A DNA stretch of 12,971 nucleotides from a virus. Lineage: Duplodnaviria > Heunggongvirae > Uroviricota > Caudoviricetes. A program made the position numbers and the translations under genes. The notes under the pieces were generated by a model. It did no database searches and was not told the origin of the DNA. It saw only the letters and a program-made list of their open reading frames with translations. Numbering within the stretch: the stretch's first letter is position 1; the number at the start of each line of letters is the position of its first letter. Of this stretch, positions 1 through 7,682 are shown one piece after another. The DNA is taken from the IMG/VR virus record IMGVR_UViG_2718218128_000005. One strand, 5' to 3'.

Positions 1-153
1 AAACTGATGCGCATTTACAATCAGAAAGGCATCTTTTCAAACACAAAAGATTCCGAAGAAGGCTTAACACATATACTCTCAGAGCATTTCGAGAATGTTA
101 AAACCAAGGTTCAAGGTACTGTAGTAATTTTTTCCGCTTCAGGGAAAAAATAG
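1..153 (+). CDS. 3' end of an unidentified ORF running in from the left edge (partial)
   Basis: Frame 1 is open from base 1 to TAG at 151-153 (KLMRIYNQKGIFSNTKDSEEGLTHILSEHFENVKTKVQGTVVIFSASGKK*). No family recognised; it converges on tfa. Confidence 0.25.
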   Translation, partial: KLMRIYNQKGIFSNTKDSEEGLTHILSEHFENVKTKVQGTVVIFSASGKK

Positions 154-160
154 CATCCAA

Positions 161-193
161 CCGCAGCACGTTCTTGCTTAAGACGTGCTGCGG
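161..193 (-). terminator. Hairpin between convergent genes; possible tfa terminator
   Basis: 11-bp perfect stem CCGCAGCACGT(161-171)/ACGTGCTGCGG(183-193) with an 11-nt loop. On the minus strand a T6 run follows about 10 nt downstream, so it is not a canonical intrinsic terminator. Confidence 0.3.
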
Positions 194-207
194 CATAATC
201 CCAATGA

Positions 208-792
208 TTACTCCCTGACAGGGTTCGTAGGCCACTCAATATCAGGTGCAGTTGATGTATCAACACGGTTCAGCAACACCCGATACTTTTTCCAGGCTTC
301 CAGCAATGAGGTTTCTTCCTCCGTTGCGATTTCCAGATCTACAGCATCCTGAAGTGGCGCAATATGCTCACTGGCTACCTGCATCAGGCTGTTTTTTATT
401 TCTTCCGCCTCTCGGATCCGGAACAGTTTTTCTGCTTCTGCATCTTTCACCCAGGCTGTGCCGTTCCACTTCTGAAACTCCCCTTCCGGCGATAACCAGG
501 TAACATTTTCCGGTAACGGACCGAGTTCAGAAATAAATAACTCGTCCCCTGACGCTACGTCATAAACCGTTTTACCCCGATGGTCTTCAACGAGATGCCA
601 CGATGCCTCATCACTGTTGAAAACAGCCACAAAGCCAGCAGGAATATCTGGTGGTGCAATATCGGTACTGTTTGCTGGCAGACCTGTATGAGGCGGAATA
701 TATGCATCACCTTCACCAATAAATTCATTAGTTCCGGCCAGCAGATTATAAATTTTTATGGTCCGTGCTTGTTCACTCATTCTGAATGCCAT
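208..792 (-). CDS. tfa: Tail fibre assembly protein (lambda Tfa family), apparently intact, 194 aa
   Basis: The translation looks like lambda/lambdoid Tfa proteins from memory. ATG at 792-790; its start overlaps the stop of the upstream tail-fibre frame (TAATG). Confidence 0.88.
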   Translation of the reverse strand: MAFRMSEQARTIKIYNLLAGTNEFIGEGDAYIPPHTGLPANSTDIAPPDIPAGFVAVFNSDEASWHLVEDHRGKTVYDVASGDELFISELGPLPENVTWLSPEGEFQKWNGTAWVKDAEAEKLFRIREAEEIKNSLMQVASEHIAPLQDAVDLEIATEEETSLLEAWKKYRVLLNRVDTSTAPDIEWPTNPVRE

Positions 793-1067
793 TATGCAAG
801 CCTCACAATATAGTTAAATGCGATGTTTTTGACGGTGTTTTCCGCGTTACCAGCAGCGTTAACGGTGATGGTGTGTCCATGTGACCCTATCGCAACGGAG
901 TGCGTATGAGCACCAATATCCGAATAGAACGATATTGTAAATTCACCTAAATACGAGGCATTGCTGTAGTTGAATTGCAGTACTGTATTAGCCTGACAGT
1001 GACAGAATACGATATTGACTCTGTCACTTGTGAAATGGTCAGAATGGTTAGCAGTTATGGTGATCAG
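792..1067 (-). pseudogene. Side tail fibre (Stf-like) C-terminal remnant, about 91 codons with no start codon
   Basis: My translation of the minus frame 1067..795 is open and ends ...[30 protein letters not shown], which resembles lambdoid side-tail-fibre C-termini. The frame is closed by a stop at 1068-1070 and contains no Met, so the gene is 5'-truncated next to ybcW. Confidence 0.7.
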
Positions 1068-1270
1068 TCAACCAACAGGGAATAATCCTTCGTATTCTTA
1101 TCGTGCTTTACTAACGCGGCCTCAATTGCCCTGAATGCTTCCAGAGATACTTGATGTTCTATACATGCAATTACAACATCAGGGTAACTCATAGAAATGG
1201 TGCTATTAAGCATATTTTTTACACGAATCAGATCCACGGAGGGATCATCAGCAGATTGTTCTTTATTCAT
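1064..1270 (-). CDS. ybcW: Small prophage protein of unknown function, 68 aa (YbcW-like)
   Basis: 68-aa ORF with ATG at 1270-1268. Size, position and divergent orientation relative to ybcV match DLP12 ybcW as I recall it. Confidence 0.6.
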   Translation of the reverse strand: MNKEQSADDPSVDLIRVKNMLNSTISMSYPDVVIACIEHQVSLEAFRAIEAALVKHDKNTKDYSLLVD

Positions 1271-1555
1271 TTTGTCGCTCCATGCGCTTGCTCTTCATCT
1301 AGCGGTTAAAATATTACTTCAAATCTTTCTGTATGAAGATTTGAGCACGTTGGCCTTACATACATCTGTCGGTTGTATTTCCCTCCAGAATGCCAGCAGG
1401 ACCGCACTTTGTTACGCAACCAATACTATTAAGTGAAAACATTCCTAATATTTGACATAAATCATCAACAAAACACAAAGAGGTCAGACCAGATTGAAAC
1501 GATAAAAACGATAATGCAAACTACGCGCCCTCGTATCACATGGAAGGTTTTACCA

Positions 1556-1966
1556 ATGGCTCAGGTTGCCATTTTTAAAGAAATATTCGATCAAGTGCGA
1601 AAAGATTTAAACTGTGAATTGTTTTATTCTGAACTAAAACGTCACAACGTCTCACATTATATTTACTATCTAGCCACAGATAATATTCACATCGTGTTAG
1701 AAAACGATAACACTGTGTTAATAAAAGGACTTAAAAAGGTTGTAAATGTTAAATTCTCAAGAAACACGCATCTTATAGAAACGTCCTATGATAGGTTGAA
1801 ATCAAGAGAAATCACATTTCAGCAATACAGGGAAAATCTTGCTAAAGCAGGAGTTTTCCGATGGGTTACAAATATCCATGAACATAAAAGATATTACTAT
1901 ACCTTTGATAATTCATTACTATTTACTGAGAGCATTCAGAACACTACACAAATCTTTCCACGCTAA
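1556..1966 (+). CDS. ybcV: DUF1398-family prophage protein, 136 aa (YbcV/YdfO-like)
   Basis: The track ORF 1433..1966 contains an internal ATG at 1556 preceded by GGAAGG, which gives 136 aa ([13 protein letters not shown]...). Size and position match YbcV. The upstream ATG at 1526 and the track start at 1433 lack a Shine-Dalgarno sequence. Confidence 0.75.
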   Translation: MAQVAIFKEIFDQVRKDLNCELFYSELKRHNVSHYIYYLATDNIHIVLENDNTVLIKGLKKVVNVKFSRNTHLIETSYDRLKSREITFQQYRENLAKAGVFRWVTNIHEHKRYYYTFDNSLLFTESIQNTTQIFPR

Positions 1967-2256
1967 ATCATAACGTCCGGTTTCTTCCGTGTCAGCACCG
2001 GGGCGTTGGCATAATGCAATACGTGTACGCGCTAAACCCTGTGTGCATCGTTTTTAATTATTCCCGGACACTCCCGCAGAGAAGTTCCCCGTCAGGGCTG
2101 TGGACATAGTTAATCCGGGAATACAATGACGATTCATCGCACCTGACATACATTAATAAATATTAACAATATGAAATTTCAACTCATTGTTTAGGGTTTG
2201 TTTAATTTTCTACACATACGATTCTGCGAACTTCAAAAAGCATCGGGAATAACACC

Positions 2257-2550
2257 ATGAAAAAAATGCTACTCGCTACTGCGCTGGCCCTGCTTATTAC
2301 AGGATGTGCTCAACAGACGTTTACTGTTCAAAACAAACCGGCAGCAGTAGCACCAAAGGAAACCATCACTCATCATTTCTTCGTTTCTGGAATTGGGCAG
2401 AAGAAAACTGTCGATGCAGCCAAAATTTGTGGCGGCGCAGAAAATGTTGTTAAAACAGAAACCCAGCAAACATTCGTAAATGGATTGCTCGGTTTTATTA
2501 CTTTAGGCATTTATACTCCGCTGGAAGCGCGTGTGTATTGCTCACAATAA
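2257..2550 (+). CDS. borD: Bor outer-membrane lipoprotein (serum-resistance moron), 97 aa
   Basis: The translation matches lambda Bor as I remember it, with a lipoprotein signal peptide and lipobox LITGC. It sits opposite and convergent to Rz, as in lambda. Confidence 0.95.
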   Translation: MKKMLLATALALLITGCAQQTFTVQNKPAAVAPKETITHHFFVSGIGQKKTVDAAKICGGAENVVKTETQQTFVNGLLGFITLGIYTPLEARVYCSQ

Positions 2551-2556
2551 TTGCAT

Positions 2557-2582
2557 GAGTTGCCCATCGATATGGGCAACTC
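2557..2582. terminator. Palindromic hairpin between convergent bor and Rz
   Basis: GAGTTGCCCAT-CGAT-ATGGGCAACTC: 11-bp perfect stem with a 4-nt loop, overlapping the Rz stop codon. There is no strong U-tract on either strand, so terminator function is uncertain. Confidence 0.3.
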
Positions 2583-3043
2583 TATCTGCACTGCTCATTA
2601 ATATACTTCTGGGTTCCTTCCAGTTGTTTTTGCATAGTGATCAGCCTCTCTCTGAGGGTGAAATAATCCCGTTCAGCGGTGTCTGCCAGTCGGGGGGAGG
2701 CTGCATTATCCACGCCGGAGGCGGTGGTGGCTTCACGCACTGACTGACAGACTGCTTTGATGTGCAACCGACGACGACCAGCGGCAACATCATCACGCAG
2801 AGCATCATTTTCAGCTTTCGCATCAGCTAACTCCTTCGTGTATTTTGCATCGAGCGCAGCAACATCACGCTGACGCATCTGCATGTCAGTAATTGCCGCG
2901 TTCGCCAGCTTCAGTTCTCTGGCATTTTTGTCGCGCTGGGCTTTGTAGGTAATGGCGTTATCACGGTAATGATTAACAGCCCATGACAGGCCGACGATGA
3001 TGCAGATAACCAGAGCGGAGATAATCGCGGTTACTCTGTTCAT
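2582..3043 (-). CDS. rzpD: Rz i-spanin (inner-membrane spanin subunit), 153 aa
   Basis: The translation matches lambda Rz as I remember it. The true ATG is at 3043-3041, overlapping the R stop (ATGA); the track ORF begins 4 codons earlier at a GTG. Confidence 0.93.
   Translation of the reverse strand: MNRVTAIISALVICIIVGLSWAVNHYRDNAITYKAQRDKNARELKLANAAITDMQMRQRDVAALDAKYTKELADAKAENDALRDDVAAGRRRLHIKAVCQSVREATTASGVDNAASPRLADTAERDYFTLRERLITMQKQLEGTQKYINEQCR
2641..2823 (-). CDS. rzoD: Rz1 o-spanin lipoprotein, 60 aa, embedded in the +1 frame of Rz
   Basis: [24 protein letters not shown]... has lipobox VVGC and a proline-rich segment; it matches lambda Rz1 as I remember it. It lies entirely inside Rz. 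Confidence 0.9.
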   Translation of the reverse strand: MRKLKMMLCVMMLPLVVVGCTSKQSVSQCVKPPPPPAWIMQPPPDWQTPLNGIISPSERG

Positions 3044-3537
3044 TGCTGACCCCACAAACAGATTTCACGCTCAATCTCACGACGAGTCATGAGACCTTTC
3101 CATTGCTTACCGCCAGCATATGTCCAGCGACGTAGCTGATCACATGCGCCTTTGATATCGCCCTGGTTTATTTTGCGAAGAAGCGTCGATGTTCTGAAAT
3201 TGCCAGCACCCACGTTGTAAACGAATGAGTAAAGAGCGCCGCGCGTTGTTTCCGGTATATCGACTTTGATGTACGGGTTAATTTGTCTGGCGACAGTGGC
3301 AAGGTCTTTATTCAAGAGTGCTTTGCATTCTGCTTTGGTATACGTTTTACCGAGCATGATGTCTTTTCCTGTATGCCCGTGACATACAGTCCATACACCA
3401 ACAATATCTTTATATGGTATGTAGCTGACACCTTCCAGACCATCGTCACCACTCGGACCAGTGATGAGCACAGACGCTATGGCAACAGCCCCACCACCAA
3501 TAGCAGCTGCTACAGCCTTGCGTAATGATGGCGACAT
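3040..3537 (-). CDS. rrrD: Phage-21-type endolysin with N-terminal SAR domain (T4-lysozyme-like, GH24), 165 aa
   Basis: Gly/Ala-rich weakly hydrophobic N-terminus ([20 protein letters not shown]) followed by an E...D...T catalytic arrangement ([18 protein letters not shown]). Its ATG overlaps the S stop (TAATG). Confidence 0.93.
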   Translation of the reverse strand: MSPSLRKAVAAAIGGGAVAIASVLITGPSGDDGLEGVSYIPYKDIVGVWTVCHGHTGKDIMLGKTYTKAECKALLNKDLATVARQINPYIKVDIPETTRGALYSFVYNVGAGNFRTSTLLRKINQGDIKGACDQLRRWTYAGGKQWKGLMTRREIEREICLWGQQ

Positions 3538-3752
3538 TATTCACCTCTCGCAGCCTTACGCTTATCTTCTTTAATCTTGAAATAAAGGTTTGTCAGGTAC
3601 GTCAGCAGGCCAAATACCAGGCTACCCAGCACTCCAATTGCCGCCCACTGTGAGGGCGTGACTTTATCTAGCAGCTGTAAAAACCAGTACCCGGCACTAC
3701 CTGCTGAGGTGCCATAGGCGACACCCGTTGTTAACTTATCCATGGATTTCAT
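3537..3752 (-). CDS. essD: Pinholin S21-type holin with dual-start motif (MKSM), 71 aa
   Basis: 71 aa with two predicted transmembrane segments and Met1-Lys2-Ser3-Met4, the classic antiholin/holin dual start of phage 21 S. GAGGTGG Shine-Dalgarno sequence upstream. Confidence 0.93.
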
Positions 3753-3861
3753 AACCCCACCTCGCAGACAAAGCGGGTGTAAATTGAGGGAATACTACGA
3801 AACGTAACAGACTCGGAGTCAGTGAATAACTCAGGTATTGGGTTATCAGCTAATATCGAGA

Positions 3862-3897
3862 CTCAAAAAATGGAAAAACCCGCTCGACGGCGGGTTT
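3862..3897 (-). terminator. Intrinsic terminator on the minus strand about 110 nt upstream of S; candidate late-operon tR'-like terminator
   Basis: Stem AAACCCGC(3876-3883)/GCGGGTTT(3890-3897) with a 6-nt loop. On the minus strand it is followed directly by TTTTTCCATTTTTTG. Confidence 0.5.
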
Positions 3898-4325
3898 AAG
3901 CTGTGTGACGAAGTAACCACTCTTAACAGCATAACCAATTTTTTACGTACGTAAACCACTAAATGATATTTGCGAGAATGCTACCGAGTATTGAAAACAC
4001 CACTACAAATACATAAGCAAATCTCAACAAATAACCAACAAATAATTTCCAGTGTTATTTTTAGCCGATTTAAATTGAACCTTCAAATTATAGAGCACTT
4101 ATAAATAACAGCCGTTAATATAAATTGGCTAATAGATTTATTTTTATTCAGCCAAGAGCTATAAATAGGATTCGATAGAAAAAAGTTCAGATAAAAATAG
4201 AGATCTACTTCACAAATCAAACGAGAAACCAAAACTTACATCTTGAAATAATCACATTGATTAGATGAATATTTATCGCGCAGTGACATCATTTTTTAAT
4301 AATAGTTCAAAAAAAAGGGCTCACG

Positions 4326-5423
4326 ATGAAAAAATTAACAGTGGCAATTTCTGCTGTAGCTGCATCAGTACTGATGGCGATGTCTGCTCAGGCAGCTGAA
4401 ATTTATAATAAAGACAGTAACAAGCTGGATCTGTACGGGAAAGTTAATGCCAAGCACTACTTCTCCTCTAATGATGCAGATGATGGTGATACTACTTATG
4501 CCCGTCTTGGCTTCAAAGGTGAAACCCAAATCAACGATCAACTGACTGGTTTCGGTCAGTGGGAATATGAATTCAAAGGCAACCGCGCTGAATCTCAAGG
4601 TTCCTCCAAAGACAAAACCCGTCTTGCATTTGCAGGCCTGAAATTCGGTGACTACGGCTCAATCGATTACGGCCGTAACTACGGTGTAGCATACGACATC
4701 GGTGCGTGGACTGACGTTCTGCCAGAATTCGGTGGCGATACCTGGACCCAAACAGATGTGTTCATGACTGGTCGCACCACTGGTGTTGCAACCTATCGTA
4801 ACAACGACTTCTTTGGTCTGGTTGATGGTCTGAACTTTGCTGCTCAGTACCAAGGCAAAAACGATCGTAGCGATTTCGATAACTACACTGAAGGTAACGG
4901 TGATGGCTTCGGTTTCTCTGCTACCTATGAATACGAAGGATTCGGTATCGGTGCAACTTATGCGAAATCTGATCGTACCGACACTCAAGTTAATGCAGGG
5001 AAAGTTCTTCCTGAAGTATTTGCTTCCGGTAAAAATGCAGAAGTTTGGGCCGCAGGTCTGAAATATGACGCTAACAACATTTACCTGGCCACTACCTATT
5101 CTGAAACCCAGAATATGACTGTATTTGCTGATCACTTCGTTGCTAATAAAGCCCAAAACTTCGAAGCTGTTGCACAATATCAGTTCGATTTCGGTCTGCG
5201 TCCGTCCGTTGCTTACCTGCAATCTAAAGGTAAAGATCTTGGAGTATGGGGCGATCAGGACTTAGTCAAATATGTTGATGTAGGTGCAACCTATTACTTC
5301 AACAAAAATATGTCTACTTTCGTTGATTACAAAATCAACCTGCTTGACAAAAATGACTTCACTAAAGCACTCGGTGTAAGCACTGATGACATCGTTGCTG
5401 TAGGTCTGGTTTACCAGTTCTAA
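4326..5423 (+). CDS. nmpC: Outer-membrane general porin, NmpC/Lc (OmpC/OmpF family), apparently intact, 365 aa
   Basis: Signal peptide ending [10 protein letters not shown], general-porin-like sequence and the terminal ...VGLVYQF. It lies between Q and the lysis genes on the opposite strand, as nmpC does in DLP12. Confidence 0.93.
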   Translation: MKKLTVAISAVAASVLMAMSAQAAEIYNKDSNKLDLYGKVNAKHYFSSNDADDGDTTYARLGFKGETQINDQLTGFGQWEYEFKGNRAESQGSSKDKTRLAFAGLKFGDYGSIDYGRNYGVAYDIGAWTDVLPEFGGDTWTQTDVFMTGRTTGVATYRNNDFFGLVDGLNFAAQYQGKNDRSDFDNYTEGNGDGFGFSATYEYEGFGIGATYAKSDRTDTQVNAGKVLPEVFASGKNAEVWAAGLKYDANNIYLATTYSETQNMTVFADHFVANKAQNFEAVAQYQFDFGLRPSVAYLQSKGKDLGVWGDQDLVKYVDVGATYYFNKNMSTFVDYKINLLDKNDFTKALGVSTDDIVAVGLVYQF

Positions 5424-5596
5424 TCTGATTACGAAAAAGATATGTTGCGGGAGGCGTTGCCTCCCCAACATATAAGTGGCTCCCTCAAGCCACTTCCTTT
5501 AGAAGCACAACCTTGCTTCTAACTATATAAACCTTCTGTTATATATTACCCTTTATTTTTGGGGGCGTCTCAACGCCCCATTTTTAATAATTTTTA
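5424..5596 (+). ncRNA. ipeX: Candidate IpeX-like small RNA / structured 3' region downstream of the porin gene
   Basis: Three successive hairpins (5449-5465 GGGAGGC/GCCTCCC; about 5471-5492 AAGTGGCT/AGCCACTT; about 5500-5517 GAAGCA/TGCTTC) plus the terminator at 5562-5596. I recall a porin-inhibitory sRNA (IpeX) mapped just 3' of nmpC in DLP12; the boundaries here are guesses. Confidence 0.25.
5562..5596 (+). terminator. Intrinsic terminator on the plus strand (porin / 3' RNA terminator)
   Basis: Stem GGGGCGT(5562-5568)/ACGCCCC(5573-5579) with a 4-nt loop, followed by ATTTTTAATAATTTTT. It would also shield Q from antisense read-through. Confidence 0.5.
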
Positions 5597-5612
5597 GTAA
5601 ACAATTGGCATA

Positions 5613-5996
5613 TTAATTAGAGTTATTAACAACGATATCCATCTCTAACCGGATATCTAATGCCATTAACATCCCTTCAATTATGCCCTCAGCCTTCTGT
5701 AACCTTTTCCCGATATAACCATCAGAGCAGCAATGCTTACCTGCCAGTGACATGAATGTCATACCGACTACATAATAATCTACTAATAAATCGTGCAAAT
5801 CGCTGTTGTTCTTTTTCAGACGGGCCATGCACCCGCAAATAATCATCGCGTCATCGTCACAACATTGCGGGCGAGATTTTACTTTTGAAGTAATTAATCC
5901 CTTAAAACCGGCGGCAATGGACGACCAGGTCACATCTTCATGATTATTAGCCGCCCACGCTCCCCAACGCTCAAGAACCATCTGAATATCACGCAT
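5613..5996 (-). CDS. quuD: Late-gene antiterminator Q, 127 aa
   Basis: ATG at 5996-5994 with GGAG upstream gives 127 aa ([18 protein letters not shown]...), the size of DLP12 QuuD. The track ORF starts 5 codons earlier at TTG. Confidence 0.9.
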   Translation of the reverse strand: MRDIQMVLERWGAWAANNHEDVTWSSIAAGFKGLITSKVKSRPQCCDDDAMIICGCMARLKKNNSDLHDLLVDYYVVGMTFMSLAGKHCCSDGYIGKRLQKAEGIIEGMLMALDIRLEMDIVVNNSN

Positions 5997-6081
5997 CAAC
6001 TTACTCCACAAAAATCAGACCAGAACGCCAATTACAAGCAAAAATCAACAAAACAGTATTAGTTGATTGTTATCTCTGACT

Positions 6082-6219
6082 TCATACTCCTGCTCCTGTC
6101 AGGGTTTTGGCGTAATTCTTCAGTATTCGGTAATCGGTCAAAACAGAACCGGGGAAACGATATAAGCGCAGATGCCCCCAGCGGTGGCGAAGAAGTTCTG
6201 CCATATAAAACTCAAACAT
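6082..6219 (-). CDS. ylcG: Small nin-region ORF, 45 aa (YlcG-like)
   Basis: My translation from ATG 6219-6217 to stop 6084-6082 is [45 protein letters not shown]. Its start overlaps the rusA stop (TGATG), and its position between rusA and Q matches ylcG. Confidence 0.45.
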   Translation of the reverse strand: MFEFYMAELLRHRWGHLRLYRFPGSVLTDYRILKNYAKTLTGAGV

Positions 6220-6581
6220 CATTCATTCCCCATTTCGGTGATGGTCAGTTCCAGCCTCCCACCTTTGGTAACAGGCATCTTCACAACGCGGTAATCAACG
6301 ACCTGAGCATCATCCAGCCAGAAACCTGCTTTGGTGAGTGCGTCAAAAGCGGCTTTTTGCAGATTATCCAGGTCACGGCGACGGCGATCCGGCATGTGGC
6401 ACTCAATACGGATTTTCACTGGCATAGCCAGGCCGATATCCAGCATTGCGTTTTTAATGATTCGGGTGACGTTATCGCGGTATGCCTGCCCTTCTGCGCT
6501 GATGTGCGTGCGCCCGCGATTATGGCGGTAATAGCGATTATTGCTCGGAGGCCAGGGTAATGTGATGCTGTAGGTATTCAC
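6219..6581 (-). CDS. rusA: RusA Holliday-junction resolvase, 120 aa
   Basis: [18 protein letters not shown]... matches RusA as I remember it. GTG start at 6581-6579 overlaps the ybcO stop. Confidence 0.93.
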   Translation of the reverse strand: MNTYSITLPWPPSNNRYYRHNRGRTHISAEGQAYRDNVTRIIKNAMLDIGLAMPVKIRIECHMPDRRRRDLDNLQKAAFDALTKAGFWLDDAQVVDYRVVKMPVTKGGRLELTITEMGNE

Positions 6582-6868
6582 GCCTTAATAACCCCCTCTT
6601 TCAGCCAGATAACCTGTGTTCTCGCCATACCTTCCAGCGCGCATTCTTTTGCATATGCAGCATCGACAAAATGTGTGCGGCGGTCGATTTCGTCGTGGCA
6701 GGCAGAACATGCAATGGTGGCAATCAGGTCTGGCGGTTTGATACCGGTACCGCACAATCCAGCCAGCCGGATATGTGCCAGTACAGACGTTTCAGAATTG
6801 CCATTACATACGCCAGGGATTCTTACCTGGCATTCCCGACCACGCGCTGCTTTTCTCAAATCAGCCAT
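6578..6868 (-). CDS. ybcO: YbcO-like nin-region protein (DUF1364, putative nuclease), 96 aa
   Basis: ATG at 6868-6866 preceded by AGGAGG gives 96 aa ([23 protein letters not shown]...). The track ORF starts 13 codons upstream. Confidence 0.85.
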   Translation of the reverse strand: MADLRKAARGRECQVRIPGVCNGNSETSVLAHIRLAGLCGTGIKPPDLIATIACSACHDEIDRRTHFVDAAYAKECALEGMARTQVIWLKEGVIKA

Positions 6869-7031
6869 GATTCCTCCTTGCTGCCAGTCGCAACCATTTT
6901 TTATCAACCAGGCTAGCGGTATATCCGAGCAGTGTTGGTATTTCGGATGGCTTCGGCTCAGGCTTACGCTTACGACGATTTGATACTCTGTAGATGTGTC
7001 CGTTCATGACACGAATAAGCGGTGTAGCCAT
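6861..7031 (-). CDS. ninE: NinE, 56 aa
   Basis: My translation (ATG 7031-7029 to stop 6863-6861) is [56 protein letters not shown]. It is below the track's size cut-off; its start overlaps the ybcN stop (TAATG) and its end overlaps the ybcO start. Confidence 0.8.
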   Translation of the reverse strand: MATPLIRVMNGHIYRVSNRRKRKPEPKPSEIPTLLGYTASLVDKKWLRLAARRNHG

Positions 7032-7486
7032 TACGCCTCCTGCTTGTCACGGAGCAGCTGGAACTCGCAGCTCTGCGGAATAGTCAGGTGGCAGCCAATA
7101 TTCACCGCCCAGGCTTCAACCTTACACAGGAAGACATACATCTCTCCGGTATCAAGATCGGAGGTATGGCGTAACGACTGGATAGTGGTGATATCACCGG
7201 TTACGACATCAACCAGGTCTTTGGTTTCATAACCGAGATATGTGTGTTTGAGAGCATCTTTTACCCAAGCTGGAGTGGCGAACGTTTTACCCCTGTTGAT
7301 GAGGTATTCACTGATTTCGCTGTACCACATGTGGCTGAGTGCATTCTGGGAAAGACTGCGTTTCTCACGCCACGGTTTAAGCACCATGCGAAAGCATTTG
7401 CCCTCCTCCAGATAAGGCTGGATCTGCCGACCGATAGCGGTGAAGTTACCGCGATGTAATTTGATGCCATCTTGTGGGAGATTCAC
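7031..7486 (-). CDS. ybcN: YbcN-like nin-region protein, 151 aa
   Basis: 151 aa with a GTG start at 7486-7484 preceded by GGAGGTG. Size and position match DLP12 ybcN. Confidence 0.85.
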   Translation of the reverse strand: MNLPQDGIKLHRGNFTAIGRQIQPYLEEGKCFRMVLKPWREKRSLSQNALSHMWYSEISEYLINRGKTFATPAWVKDALKHTYLGYETKDLVDVVTGDITTIQSLRHTSDLDTGEMYVFLCKVEAWAVNIGCHLTIPQSCEFQLLRDKQEA

Positions 7487-7682
7487 GCTTCACCTCCGCA
7501 GAGGTCAAACGCTGGATGCAAAAAATCGCAGGTGCATCTCTGCATCTGTGAAGGGAGAAGAGAGTTTGGATTGTATGTGCGCATAAACGTCCCCGTTTAG
7601 CGCAGAAGTCACCGGAGTTGTTCAGGCTCCGATGACATGATTATGGCAAAATGATTATGTAAAATCAAAAGCCAAAAAACAA

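Noticed and set aside
246-813. Plus-strand ORFs 246..503 and 580..813
   Set aside because: Antisense shadow ORFs inside tfa.
1433-1555. Upstream extension of ybcV (track start 1433; ATG at 1526)
   Set aside because: No Shine-Dalgarno sequence at either upstream start; the ATG at 1556 has GGAAGG and gives the expected 136-aa product.
2531-2743. 70-aa plus-strand ORF ending in a poly-Gly stretch (also 2269..2469 minus)
   Set aside because: Overlaps Rz/Rz1 antisense, or lies inside bor; the Gly run is the antisense of the Rz1 proline-rich segment.
3283-3525. 80-aa plus-strand ORF
   Set aside because: Antisense to the endolysin gene.
4659-5222. 187-aa minus-strand ORF (also 4365..4598 and 4837..5061)
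   Set aside because: Antisense to, or out of frame within, the porin gene; shadow ORFs of a confidently called CDS.
6063-6560. 165-aa plus-strand ORF
   Set aside because: It lies entirely antisense to rusA and ylcG, which are confidently recognised; no start context or family recognised.
6331-7470. Several 66- to 102-aa ORFs (6331..6531, 6671..6916, 6675..6983, 6996..7232, 7244..7459, 7261..7470)
   Set aside because: All overlap the rusA/ybcO/ninE/ybcN genes in other frames or on the other strand.
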